DNA from: Amoebophrya sp. A120
Taxonomy: Eukaryota > Protista > Dinoflagellata
Length of the DNA stretch: 64,000 nt
Assembly (NCBI GenBank): GCA_905178155.1
Contig: CAJINV010000019.1
Coordinates: forward strand, 852,913-916,912
Reading direction: 5' to 3'
How positions within the stretch are numbered: position 1 is the stretch's first letter; each line of letters begins with the position of its first letter. Below the pieces are notes generated by a model. The model had not been told where the DNA came from, searched no databases, and was given only the letters and a program-made list of their open reading frames with translations. Position numbers and translations under genes: made by a program. Positions 24,301 to 36,500 of the stretch are shown here, piece by piece.

Positions 24301-27300
24301 TCTGTTTCTGTTTAAAGTCCTCTTGCCCACTTCTTTTCTGTTGTTCGTGTATCCGGCACTAAAATCTATATAAAGCAGCAACAAAAATTGAGAGGCAGGC
24401 CTCAGCTATGCATTACAAATTAGACTTGATATTGAATCAAAAGAGCCCTGTATTGTAATGCCTTTGCTCTATGTTGTGCTACAGCCGCCTTCCTGCGTCA
24501 GCGCCATGTCTTCTTGTGCCTCTCCCCTGTTGCCTGAGCAAAGATCTCGCGCGTACCATCGGCACTCACGTATCATTTTGGCTTTTTGCTCGTGTCCGCT
24601 CGAGCTGTGCCTGGATGTCTCGGCCCATCCATCTTGATCTTGTTTTTCCTCCGGCCTTGCTTGAGTTTCTTTTCTCAACACACCAGAAAAGATGACAGCG
24701 GCGAAGATCAAGGTCTGGCGCAGGGATATTCTCTGTCTTTTGAAAAAGTTTCTGTGTGTTTAATTTTATTTATTCATTTTCAAAAAAAAAAGGGGGCGAA
24801 GTTGAATGTTTATGAATTTACTCGATATTTCTTTTATGTTTTGCAGCTGTAGCTCTATATGGAGAAAAAAGAATCATGTGTCTACTTCATCACTTCTTTT
24901 TCTTATCCTTCACGCTTTCTATCTTTATATCTTTTCAAAATTGCATCCGTATTCGCTTTAGCTCTATTTTTTATTTCGTCTTCTACTGGTGTGCTGGTGG
25001 TGTTGATATCTTCCTCTAGTAAGTCTACTTGTATACTTTTATACTGCCACCCTAGTTGTTCGTAGGTGTTCTCCTCCTGCGTTTTCGCTTTGGTCTCCGC
25101 CTGCATCCTTGGTTTTATGCAGTGCAGGTTTTTCTCGATCTGTTCACATGCAAAATTTTTCAGGAATTTTTTTCCTTTGTTGGCTTCGTGTATGAAGCGA
25201 AACACCTTCTGCGGCTGGGCAAATACTTCTTTTTCATTTTCCAAGGTGATTGGAATCGTCGCTGCCCCAAAAATTTGCAGTCGGGCTGCTAGCGCCGCTG
25301 GGCTATTACAGGCCATGACAAGATGCGACGCGTGCCCTTCAGTTCGTTCATCACACAGTGTACACTTCTGAAAATATTTTTTCTTTTCTGGGTCGTTTTC
25401 ATCATCTTCATGCGTTGCTTCACCTGCCCCCAAAATGCCACATGGTACTACCCCTGAGTACAAGTAGAAATACAGCAGCTCCAAGTATCTCGTCGGGAAG
25501 GTTCCTGCTTTCGGTCGGAATGCTCCGAACTCCCTCGCCCTCTCCACCAGCTGCGGCGCACTGGTCGGCTTTGAGCATTCCGCTACTCCGATCCAGTATC
25601 TTATGCGCTTCGTGAGTACTCTTCTCAGAATCGACGCAGTTATTTCTTTTCGATACACATTTGCATGCTGGCCTTGTGTCACTGCTCTGTCATGCCTAAT
25701 TTTTGCTTGACCTGCCAGGCTGTCAACAAGGTCATTGAAAAAGAGGCCGCTGTGCCCTGCGTTCCATATAAATTCAAACCCTAGCTCTTGCTCTGGTGCA
25801 ATAGCAGGCATCTCCGGGTCAGCATGTTTGTACTTGCAGTGGTGTTTCATACACTCGTCTCGCAGTTCTTCTAGAGCGTTCACGATGTGAAAAAACATGA
25901 CGCTTGACTCCTCATGCATATTCGCAAGGCCTTCCAGTACACTGTTTGGGTCAAGGTAGAAGCTGACTTTTTTTATCAGGTGCGACATCTTGTATTTTCG
26001 CAGATGTTCTGTCGTCTTTTTGCATTGATTTACAAGAGCAAAAGTCTCAGCATCAAAAGAGTCTACTATTGCGTCTTTTAGTGGTGTTTCCACTATCGCA
26101 GTCGATGTGCACATCGGCTCTACCGGATACCAATCGGCAAAGTCTTCATTGACTTCATGATCGCAGTTCAGGTCGCTTGCCCACCACGTTGCGCCGCCAC
26201 ATCCTCCTACGCTTCCTTCCTCTGGGCTTGCACTGCCGTCCGTGGCAATGACGAGATGTCCGGCATTTTGCAGCTTTCGCCTGATTTCTCGATCTTGCCG
26301 CCACGATGTCCTCTTTCTTGTCCGGTTGATCTCGTCCACGTTTTTGATTTTTGTGAGGCTGTCATAGCCCCACTGTCGTCCTACGTCGTCCATGGTGGAG
26401 ACCGACACTCTGACCCCTCTCCAGCATCGGCGAATAATTTTCAATGGTGATTCTACCACTGCTTCATGTATATCTGACAACTTTTCTTTGCTTATCGTTC
26501 TCATTATCGTGGTCCATTTTTCTCTTATCGGTTCCCCTGCTATCGGGTTTATTTGTAGATTACTCCCCATCCCATACTCTGCCCCTGTCAGCTCCTCACC
26601 ACTTTCTTCCCACAAGTTCTTTGCAAGACCTTTATAAAATGTCATTAAATTCTCGCGCAAAAACATAGCGTGAGGCCTAAGGAGTCCAGTGGACTCAAAC
26701 AGAGCTGTGGAGGGCGCTCTTCTGGGCAGACCTAACAAAACTTTTAATTTGTTGGAAGTTGTATTTTCAATTTTTAGCTTTGCTTTGGAAGAGAAGCAGG
26801 GATACTGCGGGGACCCCGTGCTAGACAAAGCGGAATAGCAAAGACTTTCAAATACATCTACCTTCTTGGTAGTCGGTCCTCAACGTCTTCAGGCCTAAGC
26901 AAGTGCTCGCCTCCTTAGTCATGTCCTTTATTATCTTATCTGACATTGCATTATGAGTCCACGTGCCGTCAAACAAGAACCCCAAAAACCTTCCCGCTTC
27001 TTGCGGATCATCTTGAAAGCTCTGACCATAGAAAATTGTTTCGCTTTTATCTTTCTCGAAAAAAATGAAAAACTTTCGCCCACAGGAAACTAGAAAATTT
27101 TTCATCTGCTTCAGTCTACTCATGAAGCCGGTTTGTGTGTTGTCGTCACTGTACTGCGTTACTATGCCGTCCGGATTTAGCTCCAAGAGATACCTTATCA
27201 GGGGGATGTGATGCAGGTTGAATACACCGCCTGACAGCGGTGATCCTTGCGGCATGCCTGGTCGAAATTACATTTCTCATTCTAAGCAAATTATTTGTCA

Positions 27301-27932
27301 TGCGATTTATACTAGTACGATACTTTTGCCATGCATATCTTATGCACAAAGATCTCGAAGGAAGTTTTCGGCAGCCGGTCGTACACCTTTGTTATTATCC
27401 TCTGCAAAAGTATCGTACTCGTATTGGTATTGCAATCATGCATTACAAATTTTTTTGTTGAGGTAAATCCGCATTACAAATTTGATCTCTCATGCTGAGG
27501 AAATTTGTAATGCATTTATAGTTATACGAGTACGATACTTTTGCACTGCATAGTTATCAGCCGGTGGCAGTGCTTCAGCGCCTCCTGCTGGTTCGATGGA
27601 TCTTCCTGCGCGTCAAACACGAACACGAAGGCGTTGGGCTGCCCGGTGAAGTTCGGCTTGGCGAGGACTTCGACGAAAGAGTAGTCGTTCCCCTCTACAA
27701 TACACCCCGCGCCGGGGGAGTCGATGACCTGGAACTGGATCAGAGAGTTGTGCTTCACGTGCTTCATCTCTGCTTTGTGTGTCGTTTCCAGAAAGAGGGT
27801 TTCGTGGGGTGGCATCTTCTGGAAGATCACCTTTGCGATTGAGGACTTCCCGGATTTTGCCAGGCCGGCAAGGACGATGCGGGGGGAGGTCTCCTTCCCC
27901 GGCTTTAGGGGCTCCCGGGTGGACAACGACAT
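21396..27932 (-). CDS. RRAGC: Ras-related GTP-binding protein RagC/D (Gtr2-like)
   Basis: P-loop [90 protein letters not shown]; 6 introners, one containing a LINE. Confidence 0.92.
21520..21667. mobile_element. Introner family A in RagC/D
   Basis: DR cgtct/cgtcc. Confidence 0.9.
21706..21967. mobile_element. Introner family B in RagC/D
   Basis: DR aatgc. Confidence 0.9.
22003..22208. mobile_element. Introner family F (TIR tatgacagtgcaca) in RagC/D
   Basis: DR taagg/taatg. Confidence 0.9.
22882..23048. mobile_element. Introner family A in RagC/D
   Basis: DR tctgg. Confidence 0.9.
24903..26828 (-). CDS. Retrotransposon ORF2 C-terminal part: RT thumb, RNase H, Cys/His zinc motif
   Basis: [42 protein letters not shown] (RNase H); [19 protein letters not shown]. 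Confidence 0.85.
   Translation of the reverse strand: MSSTGSPQYPCFSSKAKLKIENTTSNKLKVLLGLPRRAPSTALFESTGLLRPHAMFLRENLMTFYKGLAKNLWEESGEELTGAEYGMGSNLQINPIAGEPIREKWTTIMRTISKEKLSDIHEAVVESPLKIIRRCWRGVRVSVSTMDDVGRQWGYDSLTKIKNVDEINRTRKRTSWRQDREIRRKLQNAGHLVIATDGSASPEEGSVGGCGGATWWASDLNCDHEVNEDFADWYPVEPMCTSTAIVETPLKDAIVDSFDAETFALVNQCKKTTEHLRKYKMSHLIKKVSFYLDPNSVLEGLANMHEESSVMFFHIVNALEELRDECMKHHCKYKHADPEMPAIAPEQELGFEFIWNAGHSGLFFNDLVDSLAGQAKIRHDRAVTQGQHANVYRKEITASILRRVLTKRIRYWIGVAECSKPTSAPQLVERAREFGAFRPKAGTFPTRYLELLYFYLYSGVVPCGILGAGEATHEDDENDPEKKKYFQKCTLCDERTEGHASHLVMACNSPAALAARLQIFGAATIPITLENEKEVFAQPQKVFRFIHEANKGKKFLKNFACEQIEKNLHCIKPRMQAETKAKTQEENTYEQLGWQYKSIQVDLLEEDINTTSTPVEDEIKNRAKANTDAILKRYKDRKREG
26848..27255 (-). 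pseudogene. Reverse transcriptase C-terminal half (truncated, frameshifted relative to the RNase H ORF)
   Basis: [13 protein letters not shown] catalytic motif, KSE, FLG; reading continues in another frame near 26850-26870 ([18 protein letters not shown]). Confidence 0.85.
27396..27552. mobile_element. Introner family A in RagC/D
   Basis: DR gttat. Confidence 0.9.
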
Positions 27933-28889
27933 ATTCTTTTGTATGGAGTCTTTCAGATTCGGAGGGAAAAAACTTAACGCGAAAATAACCTCGATCCGTT
28001 TCGCAGCTTTTACCAATCAAAAAACTTCAACGACCTTAGTAAAATGCCGGATTTGACACGACACATCTTGAAGAAAGCTAGCAGCTGCTACTTCTAAAAA
28101 TTTGATCGCTAGAAGTAAGTACAGTTTCATTTGATTTCTGGAGACGAGCTGCTTGCTAGAGATTTGTTTCCAAAACAAAGCAGAGCGTTGAATCTCCCTA
28201 TTATTCGTGTTTGTGGTGGAGCATATCCCTATGGAAACACATGTCACATCACTGGTCGCCTGAAATTAAAAAAATGTGGACGACGAGAAAGATACTTCTG
28301 AAATCAACAAAGTGTGAACTTCGAAATCTTGGAAGCAGGGTGGTAAACCCGAGACTAGGCTCGCTGCAGCTGCTTCTACAAAGTACAAACTAGACCAGAA
28401 GCTTATGTAGCGGGGTGATCTTTTTTCTCGTCTGCAGTGTTGTAAAAGGGAATCTATCAGGATAATATCTAAGCCTTTTCGTCATCTTCTCCATTGTGAA
28501 GTGATCTTGACGCAACGCCATTGCTGCAACAGAAAAGCGCAAGAACACGCCTCAACGAAAAGTGCTGAACAGCGAAAGAAGACTTTGATACTTTCACTTT
28601 GCGTAGAAGTCGCCGTAAAAATGGCGGAATTGTGAATGACAATTTCGGATGTGCATCAACAACGCCGCGCTGGCCTTACCTAAAAGTTCATCCTACAACT
28701 TGAAGCTCCTGCAGCGGAGGACATGCACGTCAGTGCATGCGAAGAAGATTCGACATCATGAGGCGTCTGCAGCAAAACCCTACTACACAGGGAAAACATT
28801 TTGGACGCAATGTCGTTTGTTCCGCGCAGACACAACTACATCAAGGCTAAAACAAGAATTTCAAGGATGAATACAAGTAAATCCCGCTT

Positions 28890-31800
28890 TTAGTCATCCG
28901 CCATGATTTTTTGCATCAGCGCGTCTATCTCTTTCCTCATATGGCGTTCTCAAACGTTACATGCTCAACTGTTATATGGATTTGTAATGCAAAACTACCT
29001 TAAGCCGACAGATAATCAGGCTCTGCTTCGCATGACAAATTTCCGAAGGACTGAACAGCATCTAAGTCTGTGCTAAATCTGTGATGCGAAAGCAGCAAGC
29101 TTGCCCCTTTGACAGTTGCTGTTTTTGCATTACAAATTCATGTAACAGTTGAGAATGTAGCGTTTGAGAGCGCCATACCTCAAACTTTTCACGTACGCGG
29201 ACTCCTCCTCCACCTCAAACTTTTCCCCCTTCAGCTCCTATGACAGTGCACAACTCACCCTCCCCCTCATTTGTATAGCATGAACGGCAATACAAGCATC
29301 GGCAAGAGTGCCGGTTTTGCATGACAAATTTGATGCACTGGAGTGTAGTGCTATGTATTGATTTGGGGTACCAGAACTTGCCATGCAAACAATGCCAAGA
29401 GGCAAAGGGTGGGTTGGGTATTTTGCATGACAAATGAGGGGACGAAGGGGGAGTTGTGCACTGTCATAGCTCCTTTTCTTGCTTCAGAATCGCGTTTTCC
29501 AAGGCCGCCGAGGCTATCGTGAGCTCGTCTTCCTCGTGCGCCAATTTCTGCTCCACATCCTGCAACTTCTTCTGCATCAGATTCAACAGTTTACAGGTGG
29601 TGTGCTCCGTGTCGTACTTTTGCTTTTCGATCTTTCTGGTCAGCTCGCTCTCCTCCTTTTCAAACGCATTGATGATGACGGCTTCTTCCTCCAGAAGTCT
29701 CCGGCACTGCTCTTCGTACCGCTTCCGCTGGTGCTCCAGATTCGCAGTGAGAAGCAGGTCGAGCTCCGCAGCCATCGAAGAATTGGTGGAGGAAGTTTGC
29801 TGCTGATGTTGTTGATGTTGCTGCAGCGCGGCAGTAGAAGTATTATACGCAACTTGCATCTCCAAATCAAGACTTGTTGCTCCGTTGGAAGCAGAGGAAT
29901 TTGGCATCATCGCGGTTTGGTCTAAGCGCAAAGGGCTGATTATACTTCCTCCACCAACAACTCCACCTCCTCCGGGTGATGTATTTGCTGCTACACCTCC
30001 GACGACCCCACCAGCACTTGTTCTACCCGGTGGATTATTCGTCCCTCCAGCGCCGCTCCCGCCCTGTCCAGTCGCCGCTTGATGGACCATGTGATCCGCC
30101 GATTGGTTTTCCATGTGGTCTGGCAGTGCCATGTCCATGATCTCCAGTGGGCGATAAGCGCCATTGTCGCTGTTGTTCTGGTTGTTATTCAGCGACTTCC
30201 AGACGGCAAAGCTCTGTACCAATCTACGATGGACAAACACGTCTCCCGCGTAGTCCCAGATCCGGCCTGATTTCAATTCCAAACAAAACCTGTGCCCGGT
30301 GGTCTGCCCGTGCAGCAACGAGTGCTGTCCCTTCGCGTACCTGCCACATCCGAGGTAGCCACAGACCAGACAGAGCCACAGGTCGGTGGGTTTTGTGGAA
30401 TTCGTGTTCGCTGACACTGACTTGGCAAGCAGAAGTTGCGAAGTTGTAGACGAGTCATCTTGCTCTTGTTCCTTGCCGTCGTTCTTTTTTACCACTTGAT
30501 CATCCTCGTCTGGAACAGCGGGCGGGCAGTGCGGACACGCTGGCACTCCGTCCTCCGTTTTTAGCCAGTCGCCCTGGACGAGTTGGTAACAGCTTCGATA
30601 TGAACTGCAAATATGTCTGGGTCTGCTGGAAACGTGTGGTGCTAGTTTGTGAATGGAGGTGGGCGCACTGGTTGTGGTTTATGCAGCCGCGCATGACAAG
30701 TTTCTGAGGTCCTATGTGTTTCGCTTCCCGCATGAGAAACTGCATTTTTGCATGACAGTTAAGAGGCTGCCTTCCTGGTGGTCATGCATTACAGATTTAA
30801 GACTCATGTGAGACAAGCATGACAAGCTTGCATTCTTCCAGACCCAGGCATATTTGCAGTTGATATTCGACACCCGGAAACAACATCCGGAACCTCGTAC
30901 CATTGGAAGGCTGATAGCCACCCCTGGGAGTGGCACACCACCCCGGAAACGGACACATCGAGCCGCTCCAGACAGTACGGGCAGGTTGGCAGTTCGAAAC
31001 AATGCTCCCTTGTCCACAAGTTTTTCGGGTCGTTGTGGGGATCGTCGTGTTCGAAGAGAAAGGGCAAATACTCCGTATTTAGGTCGGGGTTGTCGGGTGG
31101 TAGCAGAGAGGCTGAAGTTGGAGATAGCTCAGATGTCGCCGCAAGTAGTGTTCTACCTTGTCGTGGGGACGAGGTGGAATTGTTTTTCGCTAGAACATTA
31201 CTTCTCGTCTTCGGCGTGAATAGAAGATTGTCATTGTGGTCATCCTTGCTCGTATACAACTGGGTTTTCTCCTCGTCGTGCTCTGCTTTCGATATAGGGC
31301 TTCTGCTGGACGTGGTGATGCAGCAATTCTCCCTAGTATCGTCTTCTAGTAACGTCTTTGCTTCAGTTGTCTTCACCACTCTGTTATTCTTCCGATACTG
31401 AACCGACTCCAGAAACACAAAGTAACTGCAAGCCTGCCGGAATTCCTCATTGTTTCCCTCGTGAAGTTGCTCGTCTGACCCGTCTGCCCCTCCCGCATTT
31501 CTTGTCCCCCGCGGCCCACGACCGCCGCTTTCTTCACTCGTGGCGCCAAAGTACAGCCGTCCGTGGTTTTTCCGGTAGAATTCGTCCGCTTTTCGCTGGC
31601 TGGAGAAGAAAAAAACCGCGGACTTGATTTGCTTGGAGTGGTCTTGGTCCTCGTTGTAAAAGACGCGATACTCCTGGATGCTCTGATCATTGTAGTTGTA
31701 CGCTGCTGGCGGTGGTGTTGAGTTGTTGTACTGGCGCTGGTTATTTCGGTCCTCGCCGTTCTCCGATCTAGTACTACTTCCGATCGCATAGTTCTTCGCA

Positions 31801-32894
31801 TCGCTATCGTTGTAGTTCCTTGGTCTTTCGATTTCCAGAAACTTCTCCAGATCCACCCCGGGCGGCACCGCGAAGAGAAACAGCGCCGCGGTTCGCTCCC
31901 AGGGCAAGACCGCGGTTAGGAGCACGTCGCCCTGGAGGGTAGAAGAGGAAAACAACTCAAAGGTTCCCAGATTGGTCGCTACAGACTGTCCCAGGTTCGT
32001 GCTGCTCGGCGCGGGGGTGGGCGTGGCGGGGGTCAGAGCTGTATTTTTTTGTTGATGTGGGCCGCCAGCTGGCGCTGCACCTGCAGCCCCTGGAGTTGGG
32101 GTGGAGTCGAAATAAACTTTTGAAGTTCTGTAGTCATCTTTCGGCAGCGCTTGGTTTTTCCCCTCGGACGACGCAGCGCGGGACAAAACGGCCGCGGAGG
32201 TTGGTCCTGGGACGGGAGAAGCGAAGCTGTTCTGCTTGGAGATAGCACCAGTACCAACAGCGGAATTGTTCGTCGTGCTTGTGCTGGAGTTGTTCGCTCC
32301 ACCCGTGGAGAAGAGCAATTTACTGTTGTAGTCCTCTTCCAGCAATTGTAGCTGCGCCCTCGCATCCTCTAATATTGTCGTTGCGTCGATCTTCGCGGCT
32401 GTCCGTCGGAACAGCCGCACTGAGCTGCAGCTCAGATCCGACCGGTGCGGCTTCTGATTGGTGCTGGTCAAAATCGGGTTCTGAACCTGGTGTCTCTCGA
32501 GAGGAGTTTTGGGTCCTGTGGCTGTTGCTGACGTTACTGCGAGCGGCGTCGTGGTTTTAGTGCCTGGCTGCAACTGCTGCTCGCGTTGCTCTTTATTTTT
32601 CGCATTTTTCTTACTGTTCTTCCTGCCACCGGAGGACGGTGCCGAGGGGGTCGTCGCGCTTGATGTGATCGACGTCGGTTGTTGTATTGGGGTAGTTTGT
32701 TGCAAAGAAGACTTATTCGTACTTGATGCAACAAGTCCCGAATTTTTACCGCCTTGTGCCGAAGAATGATGCGTCTGTGTGTTGAAAAATGAATGTGGCG
32801 TGAACGCAATCGGCCCTCGCGCGGTCTCGAAAGCGCCTCGGGAGGGGCTGAAACCCAAGTCGGACTGCTCCGTAAAGACGACGAGACGGTACAT
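28890..32894 (-). CDS. BRAP: BRCA1-associated protein (BRAP/ETP1-like) RING + zf-UBP ubiquitin ligase
   Basis: ELPTCPYCLERLD...GCRSC (RING completed across an introner), LWLCLVCGYLGCGRY...H...TGH...IWDYAGDVFVHR (zf-UBP), C-terminal coiled coil. Confidence 0.88.
28940..29177. mobile_element. Introner family D in BRAP
   Basis: DR cctca. Confidence 0.9.
29239..29468. mobile_element. Introner family F in BRAP
   Basis: DR gctcc. Confidence 0.9.
30599..30865. mobile_element. Introner family B in BRAP
   Basis: DR ttcga; splits RING CRSC. Confidence 0.9.
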
Positions 32895-33578
32895 GATGAT
32901 TGAGCTCTTGATGAAGCCATATATGTCAAAAAATGTGGTCAAGCTTGTGCATTTGACTCTAAGCAACACTCAAAAATAAACGTCAGATTAGGATTGCTGG
33001 CAGCTGCACCTTGAGAGGTCGAGTTGTACAACGTCAAATTCAAATTTTGTTCTCTTTCGTCAAATATGATACCGACCAACTGTAGGGGGCGCACATCGCA
33101 ACAGGGATAAACATTCCGTCTGAAAGAAGATGAGCTAGGATTGGATCTCCAATTCGATCTGTGAAATATCAAGTAAGTATGGTCCTGGGAATTGTCAAAA
33201 AACCATGTCCCGTCAATCGTGAAAAAAATCCGAAAATCAAAGTACATTCATAGTAGATCATCCTCGCAACATCAAGGCAACAAGCAACACCAGGGGTCTT
33301 TTTGTTTCTAGGATCAACCTACCCCTCCACCGCGAAGATCACCTTTGATACACTGCCAATGTCTTGGTCGCTTCGCTCTTCTGACACGCGAACACTGCTA
33401 CTCGTGTAAAGCTCACGACCTCCCGAACGGCGCCCTAGAAACGCCCGCACAGGCTGGCTGAGAAAGATGAAGTGCATAAAATTTTCATGCGCATTTTGCT
33501 TTTGCTTCAGCGACGTGTGTAGTTGGCAACATGCACCAAATCTTCCACCTGTCGCAGCAAGTCCTTGAACTTCCCTAC

Positions 33579-36500
33579 TTATTTCCTCCCACCTCCAAAA
33601 GCCCACTGATACCAACCTCGCATGTGCTTCCAATGCTCTAGAACGCCCGTGCTCTTTGCGCTTGTTTTCTTCCCGCTCTGGGGCCCGTCGGTGCGGTCGA
33701 TTTGTCTTTGCGTTGCTTTCTCCTGCAGTGTCCTCATTTTCTTCTTGTCGATGTCCTGGACCAGGGTGGATTCCTCGCCAAATTGCAGTGCAGACGACAT
33801 TTTCCGAGGCTTGGGTTTTTTACTTGCTGGCGGAGTTCTCGTAGGCTGGTCTTCTTGTTGTGTTTGTCTCTTACTTGCGGATGCTTTGCTAGTTTCTGTG
33901 GCGGAAGTGGAGGAGGTTTTGCTCTGTTTATTACCGCCTACCATCTCCTTCTGTTTCAGCATCCGGTCCTGCTGTCTACTATTTTCAGCAGAATCTTCTT
34001 GTCTACTAACCGCCCCACGCCCTGCTTCTATCCCGGCGTTGAAACTTGGTTTAAACCTCCACGGCTCCATATCAACTGCAAAAATGTCTGGGTCTGGAAG
34101 AGGGTCAGACTTGTCATGCAGGTTTTCCATGACCCATGAGGTCTGGTATGAAGGACATAGCATGACAGACTCTGTGAGAGTTCCATCATGCCCATCCTGC
34201 ATGAGAAACTGCCTCTCGTCGATCAGGTCAAAAGTGCACAGCTTTTGGTAATCATGCAACACAGATTTTTACATGATGATGATTCATCAGATTTAGCATG
34301 ACAAGTTCAAGTTGTTCTGTTCCAGACCCAGACATTTTTACATTTGATACTCCACGTCCTCCAGCGTTTTTGCCGCCAACAGATTGATATGCAATGCAGA
34401 AGTATCGTACTAGTATAAATTGCATTACAAATTATACAAATTGGCTTAGCATTACAATTTGAATTTGTAATGCGGATTTGCCTTAAAAAAAAGATTGGTA
34501 ATGCATAAACGAAATTAGTACGAGTACGAAACTTTTGCACAGGATAATTGAACCTCGGGTCGTCGAAAATGCTGTCCTCGCTGCTCTATGCATTGCAAAC
34601 ATGTCTGGGTGGTCTGGAAACTTGTGATGCAAAGAAGGGAATAGTGGCCACACTGTAATGCGCTGCCAAGAAGCATGACAAGTTTTTCCGTGGTTCTGGT
34701 TTGCGTACTCCGCATGAGAAAGTGCGGCTTTGCATGACAGGCAAGAGGAGCTTGTTTTCGCGGCCACGCAATACAGATTTCAGAGTCTGGTCATGCCAGA
34801 CTAGCATGACAAGTCTCGCGATCTCCCAGACCCAGACATACTTGCATTTGGTATGCTCGTCTTCACACTCTCCGCCGAACTGGTAAAGGGAAACAGGCTC
34901 GGATCCCTCCCGTCAAACGCCCGGCCGGTGCCGAGGAGACTGCGCGCGGACAGGTACCTCCGCGTGCTGTTGGTCTTCTTCATTTTCTGCGCGAGAAACA
35001 TCTCCTGCAACAGCCGCATTCTGCCCGTGATCTGTGGTCGACTCGCCTCCACGGTAAGAAGGTTTTTCGCGCGTTTGTCGCTGTAGCCCGGGTGCTCCCT
35101 TGGTGCGCAGGTGCCCGCGTGCCCGGAACACTGGACCGCGGGCTGGAAAAGCGCGGTTTCGACGGAACCCGTTTTGTGGATGGACCACACGTCGTGACAG
35201 GCGACCTCCCGCACGATCACACGGACCGGGTACATCTTCTTCGTCATGGCGCGGCAAGAGCCGTCGGCCAGCGTGATCACGTGGTCCATGTACAGCATAC
35301 GCACCCGGCTATGGTTATCGAGGACGAAAATTTTTTCGTTGCCCGGGTTCGGTGCAGGGAAGTAAATCTCCGGATCCGGATCGTAGTTGCCTAGGGAGGT
35401 GGGAAAACGAAACTCTGCATACATTGAAGGCCCGTCCTGCTCGCCGGGGCGGGACTATCCTGTGCAAAAGTATCGTACTCGTATTGCAATCATTCGCTCG
35501 CTCGTTGTGGATCGGCTCTGCCGACCGGGTAACCCATCGCCTCACATACAAATGACCGACATAGGCGAACCCCGTTGCGGGACATACACACGCATTACAA
35601 ATCTTGTTCATAAGGTAAATCCGCATTACAAATTTTCTTTCTCATGCTGAGGAAATTTGTAATGCATTTATACGAGTAGCAGGGAGTGCGATACTTTTGC
35701 ACAGGATAGCGACGGGTGACCGGCGAGGGTCATCACACGGCGTTCGGCGGCGCTGAGTTGTGTTTAGTTCTGTACATGATCAACAAGAACACGGCCGCGT
35801 GTGTAAATGATGGTGACGAACATCTATTAAGATTGGTTCCTAAACCCTGAAACCTAAACTAAACCCTTTCTGGATCGATCTTGAGTAGCAGATGAGGGTG
35901 GTGGCTGGATCGAAGGTGAGACGGTCGCGACGGCAGCCATCCCGTGCCGGCGACGGTGGCGGCCTACCTAAACCTAAACCTAGGGGAAAAAAAACTGCTT
36001 GGTGCCAGTTGGGCCCGGGGAACAAGAGGCAGAGCAAAAAGGAGGATTTAGTAAAGCGATTTTCAAAAGATAAAAGGCAGAGCAAACTGAAGGCCAGGGC
36101 GTGCACGCCCCTTTCTTCTTAAGCTTCAGCGGTGCTGCGACGTCCGCACCATGGGTGACGAACATCTATTAAGAATAACAATTTCAAGTTTATCTACTGC
36201 ATGCACAGCTACCTACGACCTCATCAGATTGAGATTCATAGACGACAAAAAAAAACAAATACGCTTGCGCATAGTTCAGGAACCGCACGGCGTGGTTGTT
36301 TGTGTCCGCAATGTAGATTCCGTGCCGCCCGAGAGAGATTCCCATAGGCCCGTTGAACAGCGACTTTTCGTAAATTCCGTCGAAGTACCCTTGTCGCCCG
36401 TAGATCCCGGAGATTACCCGGTACTGACTCGGCCAGTTTACGTAGGTCGTGTTCGGGGCGAGTTCTAGCACAACATGGTACGTCGGGTCCACCAAGTAGA

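Larger units (their letters stand above)
23214..27264 (-). mobile_element. 5'-truncated non-LTR retrotransposon (RT + RNase H), nested in an introner
   Basis: 17-bp TSD aaattacatttctcatt (23197-23213 and 27265-27281); poly(T) 23212-23226 = 3' poly(A); RT and RNase H ORFs on the minus strand. Confidence 0.92.
23117..27337. mobile_element. Introner family A expanded to 4.2 kb by a nested LINE
   Basis: DR tctta; restores FVHKTDG. Confidence 0.9.
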
